This document shows, one piece after another, positions 35,758 through 47,085 of a stretch of 47,755 nucleotides of DNA. Position 1 is the first letter of the stretch; each line of letters opens with the position of its first letter. A program made the translations under genes and the position numbers. The stretch is from contig NC_068982.1 of the NCBI RefSeq assembly GCF_001194135.2, positions 180,037,665-180,085,419 on the forward strand. Reading direction: 5' to 3'. The DNA comes from Octopus bimaculoides (taxonomy: Eukaryota). The notes beneath the pieces are model-generated. The model searched no databases and was not told the DNA's origin. It saw only the letters and a list, made by a program, of their open reading frames with translations.

Positions 35758-36410
35758 AAATTGTCTTATTTCGATAATTTCAACCAATCACTGACAAGTA
35801 TTCAGTTGTTTACATTTACTCCTTTGGCTGATTAAGCGGTGTAAAGCGTATTTAATCTCCATAACACGTGTGTTCGTTTTCCTTCGTTAAATTTGCTTTT
35901 TTTCATTTTAAATTTGCTTTTTTCATTTTCTTTTTTTTTGCTTCGTTTTATTTGCTTTCTTCATTTTAAATTTGCTTTTTTTCATTTTCTTTTTTTCTTC
36001 TTCGTTTTATTTGCTTTTTTCTTTTTAAATTTGCTGTTTTACCCTAACCCTAACCCTAACCCTAACCCTAGGGTTAGGGCTAGGGTTAGGGTTAGCCTAT
36101 AATAGAAAGGTTTATTAGCTACTGCCCATATGCTTCAGCCATTTTGTTACAAGGAAATAATAATTTTATCACCGATAGAATTGTTTCAGAATCGTTTGTT
36201 TATGTAGTCGGCACTTAATGTATATCGGCTGAATAGACGTCAGTGATTGGTTGAAATTACAGAAATACGACAGCTTTAACATGGAATAACTTAGGGATTT
36301 CTTTTTTTAAGAGAAAAAGATGTTTTATATGACACATTCTACCAGTGTTCCAAGTTTCAAAGTGTTTCGTTAAGAAAATACTGTGGCCCCCGTTTTAAAA
36401 AAGATCCTAC
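35758..36410. mobile_element. Inverted-repeat (MITE-like) element with internal T-rich tandem units and telomeric repeats
   Basis: 35762-35805 and 36229-36272 are roughly 80% identical inverted repeats (TAATTTCAACCAATCACTGAC core). The left end is lost in the gap; the right end is estimated. Confidence 0.6.
36042..36095. repeat. Interstitial telomeric palindrome (CCCTAA)4CCCT|AGGG(TTAGGG-like)3TTAG
   Basis: 26-bp arms 36044-36069 and 36070-36095, one mismatch, no spacer. Confidence 0.95.
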
Positions 36411-36621
36411 ATTTTTGCAGTACGAGTCAAAATAATAAATATAATTTAAGAAAAATCAGAATCGTTTCTGATTTGCTTTGAGCTCAAAGGTGCATAAAGT
36501 TTTGCAATTCGTGGAAAAAGGATTAGAGAAAGGTGACTGTTCTGTGTAAATAGATGTCGTGGGTAAAATATATTGGTTTCCCTTTAGTCTGTAGAAAAAA
36601 AACTGAAGGACATCACTAGTT

Positions 36622-36775
36622 ACGGCAGATTCGTTAAGGTTACCGAGGTCGACTTTGCTCTTCATCCCTTCCGGATGAAAGATAAAAAGTTCCAGTTGAG
36701 TACGGAAGTCATTGTAATCGACTGACCCTCTCTTCATAATTTCAGGTTTTGTGCAAATATTAGAAAGAATTATCA
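36622..36775 (+). mobile_element. SINE family A, internally deleted
   Basis: GGCAGATTCGTTA...CCGAGGTCGACTTTGCTCTTCATCCC...tail. Confidence 0.7.
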
Positions 36776-37086
36776 TCAACATCAGGTATACCACTTACAA
36801 ACACACACGCGCGCATGCACACACACACATATATACATAGAAAGAGAGGAGAGAGATTGAGAGACAGAGGGAGGGAGAGAAAAGAGGAGAGAAGCTGAAA
36901 GATAGTTACTTACTGCTACATATGGAAAATTTGATTAATATCTCAGTTATTGATGCAAATTAATTAAAAGAATGAGACAATATGTGTGCTGTGCTGATAG
37001 CAAGTTACTCTCTTTCTCTCTTCTCCTCTCTCTCACTTGTTCATGTACTTTCACACGATGTCAACATACCTTAGTATACATACATG

Positions 37087-37173
<87 letters not shown>

Positions 37174-37186
37174 GCTTGCCTGCCAG

Positions 37187-37224
<38 letters not shown>

Positions 37225-37320
37225 TGTCTGTCTGTCAATTTATCTATCTATTTGACTGTCTATCTGTCTGTCTGTCTGTCTATTTATCTGTCTGTCTGTC
37301 TGTCTGCCCCCCTCTCTCTC
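37087..37320. repeat. (TCTA)n(TCTG)n(CCTG)n compound tetranucleotide array
   Basis: Direct reading. Confidence 0.95.
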
Positions 37321-37393
37321 TCCCTCTCGCTCTGTCTGTTTCTCTCTCTGTGTCTGTCTGTCTTTGTCTGTCTCTCTGTGTCTCTACCTCTCA

Positions 37394-37525
37394 TTGGATA
37401 GAATGCTTTACAGTATTCGCTCCATCACCCTGTCTTCCAGTTTCAAATCCTACCAAGATCAACTCTGTCTTTCATCCCTTCCGAAGTCGGTATGATAAAA
37501 TTCCAGTCCTGTAGTGAGGTCGATT
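37394..37525 (+). mobile_element. SINE family A, degenerate
   Basis: GTTTCAAATCC...CTTTCATCCCTTCCGAAGTCG. Confidence 0.6.
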
Positions 37526-38086
37526 CTTCTACTTTTTCCTTCTCTGGAAGAAATCAGCTGTGATACAATACTTGGAGAGTCAGAGGCTGCACCACGTTTA
37601 AATTTCCTAAGACACGCCGTATGTAAGACGGCACCCCTATAAACCCCGCCAGGTGTGAAGAACCTAAAGAAGAAAGGACACACATACACGCACACATACG
37701 CACACAAAACGTATATATATATATATCACAGCGTTCATACACAAACAATTTTTCTCGTCTGGCCGTAAAGCCTTTTCTGTTTGTTTTCCTGTCTTGTTTT
37801 TTGTCCGCCACAACATTCCTCCATGGCAAGATTTAATTTGTGTATACAAATTTAATTTGCGGTCCATGGGAAGAGCTGTTTTAACGATGCGTCCTGCCTA
37901 GCTCTTCGAAACGCCGGTGTTAAAACGGAGGTAGCTGATGAAGTAGAATGTTCTCTATGTGGCTTGTGTGTTTTCTCGTCTCTGTTTTGTTTGCAATGTC
38001 CTGTACCCAGATATACACCTATACATACAGGTGGATGTCGGTATGCATATACCTGTACATATATATGCATATACTCATTTACTATT

Positions 38087-38139
<53 letters not shown>

Positions 38140-38167
38140 TATTTATATACATACATACATACACTCA

Positions 38168-38208
<41 letters not shown>

Positions 38209-38254
38209 GGTTATCGTCATTGTAAAATGGGCGGTGATTGTTATTCTTTCCAAG

Positions 38255-38431
38255 TCTACCGAGACTTGTACAATGAAGAGAGGAATTTATCTTCAGACCG
38301 CACTCCTAGTATAAATGCTTACAACACAATGTATAACACTACAACTATCCGAGAGCCTGCTGATGGTGTTAACCCAGGTATCGGTTTTAATAAACTTTTG
38401 CGAGCCTGGAATTTCATCTCAGGGCGCAAAG
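38255..38431 (+). CDS. Candidate internal host exon, 177 nt, phase 1-1, product unknown
   Basis: Acceptor TTGTTATTCTTTCCAAG| and donor AAG|GTTTGT. The only open frame is (V)YRDLYNEERNLSSDRTPSINAYNTMYNTTTIREPADGVNPGIGFNKLLRAWNFISGRK(G). The segment is non-repetitive. No family recognised. Confidence 0.4.
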
Positions 38432-38481
38432 GTTTGTAACTGAATATCATTTAGCATGTTGTCTAATGTTCTACAGGTTTT

Positions 38482-38560
38482 AATAACTCTTTTCTATTAT
38501 AGGCACCAGGCCTGAAATTTTGGAAGAAGGAGCTAGTCGATCACATCGACTCCAGTACGC
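38482..38560 (-). mobile_element. SINE family A 3' fragment (tail type 2)
   Basis: TTTTCTATTATAGGCACCAGGCCTGAAATTTT...GTCGATCACATCGACTCCAG. Confidence 0.75.
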
Positions 38561-38739
38561 ACCAGTAAGCAAATAAGAAATAATAGTCGCAAGGACAAAA
38601 ATCGTGTTAAACAGCATTATGGAATGGCAAGGCGGCGTTGGTGGGATTTGAATTCGGAAGACGAAGAACCATAATCTATACTTCAAAACATTTTGTTCAT
38701 TATTTTAGCAATTCTATTAACTAATTATTTTTAATTTAG

Positions 38740-38915
38740 GCGCAGGGCAAGTTATTTTGAAGGGAGAGGAGATTATTCGATTACATCGATCACAATGCTT
38801 CACTGCTACATAAAATGTTGAGATGATTTCGGTGTGATTTGAACTCAAAACATACAGAGCCGCGACAAATATTACTTGTATTTTATCTGAAGTGCTAACT
38901 ATTGTGTCAGTCCAC
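38740..38915 (-). mobile_element. SINE family A, highly degenerate
   Basis: CGATTACATCGA and ATTTGAACTCAAAAC are retained. Confidence 0.5.
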
Positions 38916-39453
38916 TTCGCTAAAGACCAACAAATCAGGGAAGATAGATATTATATTAACTAGCTGTAGATATAGATTCCTCCTTCTCCAATATATATTT
39001 AGAAACTGTTGTAAAAGCAGTAGTTTAGGTGAATAAACAAGATCAGAGAAATAAGAGCAATATCAAATAAATGAATTAGAAATAAAAGAAATAACTTAAA
39101 AATAGTTTTCAATAAACCATAGACATGTTTGTTGCCAAGAGAAATCTAAAAGATATATTTTATGGCTTCCAAAACTTAGAGCTGTAACTTAATTATAACT
39201 ATTCTAGCGAGACAAGGTTCGGGGAGCGGATGAGTCTCTGCGTGGTCATTTGTTTTGCAATAGGTGTTATATTATTGTTTTAGCGAACCTTCTTCATATG
39301 ACACTTCGAACATTCTTTTTCATACTCACTGTAAGTAGAGATGCTGTATAATACAAAGTTTAGAACACACACACAAAAGACACACAAATACATACTAACA
39401 AAAGTATACAAAGATACAGATACATACGTACATACACCTACACACACACACAT

Positions 39454-39485
<32 letters not shown>

Positions 39486-39854
39486 GCACACACAACTGAC
39501 ACACACAAACATACACGTTTATAATTAATTTTGGGCAACACAGGCATATAATATACCCTATAGACATGCTGTTAGTCGAAGATGGCATTTCAGTAAAAAT
39601 ATTTAGTGCCTCACCAGTATGTTTTGAAAGACAAGAGACATGTTCCCAACATATGATCTAGTAGTGGCATCTATTTACATTAGCAGGCAGCTCCCAATTG
39701 GCTCTGTTAACAGCCAGATAATTAATACTTTAACTCTTTTACCATCTCATATTCACCCTTGAAATTCTTGGTAGTATGTTTTCTTTTTCTCACGCTAGCG
39801 TGCTGATACATTCATACATACACACACACATATATACCTGAATACATACAGACA

Positions 39855-40053
39855 TGTTTCAAATTTTGGCACAGGGTCAGCAATTTCGTGGGGAGTGGGT
39901 AAGTTGCTTACATCGACCTCGGTTATTTTATCGACCCCGAAACGATGAGAGGCAGAGTCGACCTCCGCGGATTTTGAACTCAGTACGTAAGGACTAGCGA
40001 AATAATGATAAGCGTTTTGCCCGGTGTGCTAACGACTCTGCCAGTTCGCCGCC
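39855..40053 (-). mobile_element. SINE family A, near full length
   Basis: Tail, central domain, B box and head are all present. Confidence 0.88.
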
Positions 40054-40369
40054 CTACATGCATACATCATATTAATACAGGAATGACAAAAAAACAGGAA
40101 ATACTTATTTACATTTATTAGCTTATAACCGTTTTCCATATAAGGGACTCAACATGGGCGTTAGTGTATCATCTTAAATCTTCATCAGAGCCTTGTGTAA
40201 TTAATCGCTTTCCTCCAACACAAACACTTCATGTTCCTTTGTACATACATACATACATACATACATACATACATACATACATACATACATGCATGCATAC
40301 ATACATACATACATACATATNNNNNNNNNNNNNNNNNNNNNNNNNNNNNNNNNNNNNNNNNNNNNNNNN

Positions 40370-40400
<31 letters not shown>

Positions 40401-40524
40401 GCACAGCATCACCATTTTCTCTCACCCACTCTCTTCGTATACGCACGCATACTTAAACACACACATATAGATATATATAGTGGTTTGTGAGTGTTGATGT
40501 GTGTGTGTAAGTGTGTGTGTGTGT

Positions 40525-40560
<36 letters not shown>

Positions 40561-40569
40561 TCATCATCA

Positions 40570-40985
40570 GATAGTGTCTGGTGTTAGAAGGTTGCATACA
40601 ATTGATCACCGTTATCGCGATGTTTCTTCTGTTCCTCTTATACTTAAAGTCAGTACAATTTCCTGATATAATCCATCTGCTTAATTCCTGGTTTTCCCTT
40701 TCTCTCTTTGCATTGATTTTGTCTTCTATTATCATATTATCCTTTATAAAACATTTTTTTTTCTAATGAAAAATCCAAAAAAAGTGTTACTTCCTTGCTT
40801 TTGATGGCATCTAATAAAATTAGTTCTTAGGTTTTTTTTTTTGTTGCCATTTTAAGTACTTGTTCATTGGTTTTGTGTTTTGGTTATGATTATTTTCAGA
40901 AGTCTTTTATATGTCTACATCATAATTTCATTATACTTTTGTTAATATCCGTGTTTCAGCTCCATATAGCAGAGTGGACAGACGT
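40570..40985 (-). mobile_element. RTE-clade LINE ORF 3' remnant
   Basis: LSTLLYGAETRILTK, TNEQVLKMA, LDAIKSKEVTLF and IIEDKINAKRER/GKPGIKQMDYI across frameshifts. Confidence 0.7.
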
Positions 40986-41695
40986 ACATACGTAGATACA
41001 TCGATAGATAAATTCTGCATACATCCATACATAGCTACATAGGTAGATAAATTATGCGTACTTACACACCTAAATATATTACAAACATTCGTAAATACAT
41101 ACTTAAATGTATACGTGCAACTACATACGTATATCCAGGTACCTACATTCACGTACCTACACAAACAATCATTACCGCATTCGTGCAGACAGACATAGAT
41201 ATATGAACTCTTCAACAGTGACAGTAAAACAACAAAATATTAAAGCGTTCTGGGCAAGATGTGTATGAAAAGAAAAACGTGACTGATTCTAGAAAAAAAT
41301 CAGACACAATGTGTGTGTGAAGTTTCCCCACTGATGATTGCTGCTAAATAACGAGGCTTGAAACCCGTTTCAAAATCATGTCTTCATTAACAAAGACAAT
41401 GTTATTGCAACATTAATTATTAAATTTCTTCTCTTTTTTTCCCTTCTTTGTCTCACTATTCACCTTATGTTGTCATAACTTATTAAAGTTATTCACTGAG
41501 AAAACGAAGGTCATTTCGACCTGTTTGAGAAACGCTCTCTCCATTTCCTCTCTGTCCCTCCCATCTTTTCACTCTCTGTCTTTTTCTCCATCTCTCTCAC
41601 AATAGAAAATAATGATGTCACTCCGTAAACACACACCAATAAGCGTTCGTTTTGGAAGAGGAAGGGAGAAAGTTGAAAAATAATGTTAGAATTCC

Positions 41696-41890
41696 TTTAG
41701 AGAGCTACAACAATTATTTACAGGGCTACACGGCTGTTAAAAGTCCTCGCAGCTTTTAGAGGCCTACATGCGCTATGACAAGTTTCTTAAAGTGTTAGAG
41801 ATATAAACGTCTGTTGAAGACCTTCACAGATATCTGAGGGCTTCACAACTACTAGACGGTTACACGGTTATTAGAGGGCTATACCGCTAT
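41696..41890. repeat. Degenerate minisatellite, about 19-20 bp (TTAGAGGGCTACACGGCTA-like)
   Basis: Recurring TTAGAG(G/A)GCTAC units. Confidence 0.6.
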
Positions 41891-41934
41891 TCGATCTCTA
41901 CAAAGCCATTGGAAGATGGCGGTTTGACAAAATT

Positions 41935-42055
41935 TAGTTAATAGTCCTTTACAGTCTAGGTTCAAATCCTATCGACATCAAACTTGCTTTTCGTTATTCG
42001 GGGTCCGGAAAAATAAGCAGCAATCAAATCTTGGAGCTCGACTTAACCGACTGCA
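41935..42055 (+). mobile_element. SINE family A, degenerate
   Basis: GGTTCAAATCC...TTGCTTTTCG...GGGGTC. Confidence 0.5.
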
Positions 42056-42068
42056 TTCTTCTACTCAG

Positions 42069-42334
42069 TGAAGGCGCGCGGCTTAGTGACTAGGGTGTTG
42101 GACTTATGATTGTAAGATTGTTGTTTCGATTCCTGGGCCGAGCGACGCGTTGTGTTTTTTGAGCAAAACGCTTCGTTTCACGTTGCTCCAGTCCACTCAA
42201 ATGGCAAAAATGAGTAATCCTGTGACGGACTGGCTTCCCATCCAGGTGGGGAATATATATATATATATACACCATGAAACCGGGAAACCAGACCTTATGA
42301 ATCAGCATGACCCGAGAAGGTAACTCTAGCTTTA
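42069..42334 (+). mobile_element. SINE family C (same tail as 27287-27543)
   Basis: Head, CORE-like body, and CCTGTGACGGACTGGCTTCCCATCCAGG tail with a small (TA)n expansion. Confidence 0.85.
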
Positions 42335-42487
42335 CTATACTCTCTCAATGACAAAATTTGTGACTGTGTACCAAGATATTTTCAGCGTATAGTATTACTA
42401 ACTGTGAGGGGCGGGGTTCAGGAAATATATTTAAATGGACATAGAGATTAGCAGGAGTGTTTAATACGGGTACATAAAATACAATGA

Positions 42488-42655
42488 TGGTTGGCAAGCT
42501 TGCTCCCTAACCACATAGTTCTGGGTTCAGTCCCATTGCATTGCACCTTGGGCACGTGACTTATACTATAGCTTCAAGACGACCAAAGTCTTGAGAGTGG
42601 ATTTGGTCGTATATGTGTGTGTGTGAGTATGTGTGCCTGTGTCTTTGTGTATGCA

Positions 42656-42703
<48 letters not shown>

Positions 42704-42849
42704 TGTCGTATGTTTGTCCTCCCTTCACCGCTTGACATCCGGTGCTGCTGTGTTTATGTCCCCGTAACTTGCCTGTTCGGCAAAAGATATCAATAGAATA
42801 AGTACCAAACTTTTAGAAAATAAGCACTTGGTCGAAACATTCGACTAAA
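42488..42849 (+). mobile_element. SINE family B with internal (TG)n microsatellite
   Basis: 5' half, (TG)n and 3' half are collinear and run into the gap. Confidence 0.85.
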
Positions 42850-43295
42850 NNNNNNNNNNNNNNNNNNNNNNNNNNNNNNNNNNNNNNNNNNNNNNNNNNN
42901 NNNNNNNNNNNNNNNNNNNNNNNNNNNNNNNNNNNNNNNNNNNNNNNNNNNNNNNNNNNNNNNNNNNNNNNNNNNNNNNNNNNNNNNNNNNNNNNNNNNN
43001 NNNNNNNNNNNNNNNNNNNNNNNNNNNNNNNNNNNNNNNNNNNNNNNNNNNNNNNNNNNNNNNNNNNNNNNNNNNNNNNNNNNNNNNNNNNNNNNNNNNN
43101 NNNNNNNNNNNNNNNNNNNNNNNNNNNNNNNNNNNNNNNNNNNNNNNNNNNNNNNNNNNNNNNNNNNNNNNNNNNNNNNNNNNNNNNNNNNNNNNNNNNN
43201 NNNNNNNNNNNNNNNNNNNNNNNNNNNNNNNNNNNNNNNNNNNNNNNNNNNNNNNNNNNNNNNNNNNNNNNNNNNNNNNNNNNNNNNNNNNNNNN

Positions 43296-43329
<34 letters not shown>

Positions 43330-43593
43330 TTCTCTCCCTTACTCTGCTTCCTGTCTCCTTTCCTTTTCTATTTTTCTCTAATGTTCACAAATTCTCTGCA
43401 CTCCCTCTGTTTCTCTTTTCCCCTCTCTCACAACCGGTATTTATTTCAAGATACGAAACCAAATAACTCAACTCCCTTTAGCCATTTCTGCTTAACCTAT
43501 ACACATCTTACTGATGTATTTACCCTCACCAATATACTCCTGTAATTGTGTTTATTAAATGTTCTCTATTAATATTTACTAAGACTAAATAAG

Positions 43594-44185
43594 TCAGAAA
43601 GAATCTACAAACATAATAAAAGAATTTTCGATCCTAAGAAAACTCTAAAAGCCTCAGAAAAATACGGCAAATCTCCGGAAGCTTCTAAGAATCACAAAAA
43701 AACTTTATGGACTTCAGAATGACTCATAATCTTTAGAAAGGAAGACTTTACAACTTCAGAAAAACAACAGATGTCTGAAGCACTCCAAACTTCAGAAAGA
43801 CACGACAAATGTCAGAGAAATTAGATAAAGTTCAGAAAGAGTCTACATAATTCAGGAACATTCTACAATTCTTAGAAAGAAACTCTACATCTCAGGAAGA
43901 ATTTACAAAACTTAGAAGCATTAAAAGTGGCAAAAGTACAGTAAAAATCTCTAAAAGACTTTTACAAAATTCAGAAAGATTCTACAAATCTCAGAAAAAC
44001 TCAATACCCAATCTCACCAGAAAAATCACTACAATCCCGAAAAAAATTCTACAAATCTCAGACACATTTTATAGATCTCAAAAACACTCCAAAAGCTTCA
44101 GAAAAACCTGTTGACCTCAGAAGGATTCTACAATCTATAGAAAACCACTAGAAACCTCAGTAATTTTACAGATCTCAGGAAGACA
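43594..44185. repeat. Degenerate A-rich minisatellite, about 20-bp unit (TCAGAAAGATTCTACAAATC-like)
   Basis: TCAGAAA/CTACAAA recur at roughly 20-bp spacing. No ORF of 60 aa or more is present in the track. Confidence 0.75.
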
Positions 44186-45003
44186 AAGTTTATGTCTTGA
44201 TGAAAAGAATTATCTGCTGTCTATGTTAGATAGAGAAAAACCTCCAGAAAGACACTCCTTAATTAACATTTACAGAAGATTACAGGTCAGATAACTATAC
44301 ACATTATCACCACTTTATCAAAATGATTATGAAATATTAGGTGGCTGTGACGGTCAATTTAATATATAAAACGACGCCATCTGGAGCAGTGACTGTGCGA
44401 AAAACCAGAAAAGAGATAAGGAAGAGATGCTATGTCAACGCCTTTGAATATAGAAAGTATTAAGAATAACAACACTGCTATCAAAATTTCCATCAAATGC
44501 AAACAGACCGGATGTGGGGGGAAAAAGACCTAAGAGGGTAAAATGTGAGACAATTAGAAACTTGTGTGAATGTTCATTCAGAAAACAATAAATATAATGA
44601 GAAAACATTGAAACCATCCGGCGGAACTATTTTTAATATCTGTTGATGTATATTTATTGGAACAGTGCGCATTTATGATTTCATATGTGAATGTACATAC
44701 GTACTACCGTTTGTATGTATGTATGTATGTATGTATGTATGTATGTATGTATGTATGTATGCATGCATGCATGTATGTATGTATGTATGTATGTATGTAT
44801 GTATGTATGTTTGCATGTATATGTCTGTGTGTGTGTGTCTTTCGCCCTCACTCTCTAAAATTATATGTATGTTTACACACACGCGCACACACACACACAC
44901 ACACTCACACACACATACTTCCATATGTTCATGCATATATATTTACATATATATATGTGTGTATATAAATACTTACATATATCTGTATATATTTATGTGT
45001 GTG

Positions 45004-45073
<70 letters not shown>

Positions 45074-45599
45074 TTTATATATTTACATACACAAACTCAC
45101 AGACACACGCGAAGATATATGTATGCACACACTCATTAATACACCCCATATGTATGTATATGTATGTATATGTATGCTTATAAATTTACGACTGAAATTT
45201 TAATATAAGTTATTGTGAGTATCAATGTCGAGACAGACAAACTGATGAGGAACAACTGTAGTTTTTTACGTCTCAAAATAGCAACTTCTAATGTCTTATA
45301 TCATTTATATTAAAATATTAGCCGTTAATTTATAAATTGATTTATAAATATCATATTTATAGAAAATTCTTATCCCGATTTCACAAGGCAGTATGATACA
45401 TCATGATGTAGTAGAATATCTTGCTATAACCGCCGAGGGGCAAACGAATTATCAGTGAAACAAGGGAGATATCTGCAGCGACAGAAGTGACAGTTTCTAT
45501 CAGAAAGCATACTCAGCTTTTCGTTTGACAGAGAAAACAAGATGATGGTATCAGGACCATTTTCCTAAAATATTTTTCTTGTAAAGAAAGAGCAATATC

Positions 45600-45761
45600 C
45601 CAGGAGATTTTGTCCGGGAGGAAGGGAGATTTTGTCGGGGGGGGGGGNNNNNNNNNNNNNNNNNNNNNNNNNNNNNNNNNNNNNNNNNNNNNNNNNNNNN
45701 NNNNNNNNAGGGAGGTAGGGGGGGATGGATTTTGTCTTTCGTGGGGTTTTGTCCTAGTACC
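45600..45761. mobile_element. Possible DNA-transposon terminus with subterminal GATTTTGTCC repeats (MULE/Phantom-like)
   Basis: Four G-run + (G/A)TTTTGTC motifs ending TTTTGTCCTAGTACC. The partner end was not found. Confidence 0.35.
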
Positions 45762-45829
45762 TAAGATGACACTGTGTGGTGTATTCAGAACCATCGATAT
45801 CTGAGAAGCCGACAGTCAACGGATTGGTG

Positions 45830-46937
45830 GTCCGTCTCTCCTTTATTGACATTTTCAACACTTTTTGCGCTTCAGGTGATATTTATAGGAGTAACTTTAT
45901 AGTTTTGTAGAGTACAAATTGATTATTCTTGATTAAGAATGTTTTTGACAATGTCTTCGAAGTCCAAATAGGTAAAATTTGGACGACACGAGATCCGGAC
46001 CGAGCTGTAGATGGAGGATAACGAATTACCTCAATTTACCAAATATGTGTGTGGTCACACATTGTCATGGTCGACGTGGAGAGGTTTTAAGATTTATTTC
46101 GTTCTTTGCCTTCTAATGGTTTATATAAACTTTTTGAATGCCTCAATGTACCACTCGCTGTTCACAGCGCAGTCACTTTCCAGGAAATCAAAGAGAACGA
46201 CGTCCTTGTCATTCCTACCCAAACAATCAATATTCACTATGACAAATCAGTGACCATGATTAATGGATCTTTTGAAGTCTTGTACATGAGACATGACGCC
46301 ATTTCATGCGCTGAACCATATTTTTCCTGTCACCAAAATCGGGAAAAACAATTCAAAATTGACGTAGGTTCATTAGTTTCAAACGCTTTAAGCAGAAAGA
46401 GCAGAATTCCACCCTTCTCTCCTTCAAATCGGGTGTGAACTGCCGCCGTACCCACTTTGCACACACTTTCCGATGTCTAAAATCTTTCGTATTGTTCTAT
46501 AGTGCATTGTGAGTACTGTCCAATTGTGCAATAAGCAAACGGATTGTGACAGCTCTCTTCACGCAAATCAGTTCGTCGCCTCGCTGGTGATTCGCGTCAG
46601 TGGTTGCACTTAATGGCTTCCAGCTTCGTGTTTTGTCATCAATGCTGGCTTTTCCTTCGTTAATTTTCTTCATCCATCCGTACACATTACTCCTGTAAAT
46701 GTTGTCATCTCCGTAAACAAGCTGTAAACTTCTGTAGACGTCGGATAGCCTGCACCCCTCCCTCGTCAAGAACTGAATGACAGCACTAGCTTCTGCTTGG
46801 AAGTGAGATAAACCATGTGCAATGCAGAAGAACAGGGGAAAGATCTTAACTAAAATAGATATTCGCCCAACATGTTTTGCAATTTCAACGATTTATGCCC
46901 AACTAGTTTTGGAATACTTTCGAACTAACTTTCATTA
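45830..46937 (-). mobile_element. Degenerate mariner transposon / transposase pseudogene
   Basis: AVIQFLTREGCRLSDVYRSLQLVYGDDNIYRSNVYGWMKKINEGKASIDD (HTH), KVCAKWV, FDFLESDCAVNSEWY, HDNV*PHT, PDLVSSKFYLFG. Decayed TIR at about 46908-46937. Confidence 0.88.
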
Positions 46938-46963
46938 CACACACACACACACACACGTATATA

Positions 46964-47003
<40 letters not shown>

Positions 47004-47040
47004 NNNNNNNNNNNNNNNNNNNNNNNNNNNNNNNNNNNNN

Positions 47041-47085
<45 letters not shown>

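Noticed and set aside
36042-36095. Ancient telomere-telomere chromosome fusion site
   Set aside because: The orientation is (CCCTAA)n then (TTAGGG)n, opposite to a fusion. The tract is very short and lies inside an inverted-repeat element.
12087-43330. Long ORFs of 200-440 aa containing X runs
   Set aside because: They stay open only because they cross N-gaps. The flanking residues are microsatellite translations.
46106-46438. 110-aa plus-strand ORF
   Set aside because: Antisense to the mariner transposase remnant, with no independent support.
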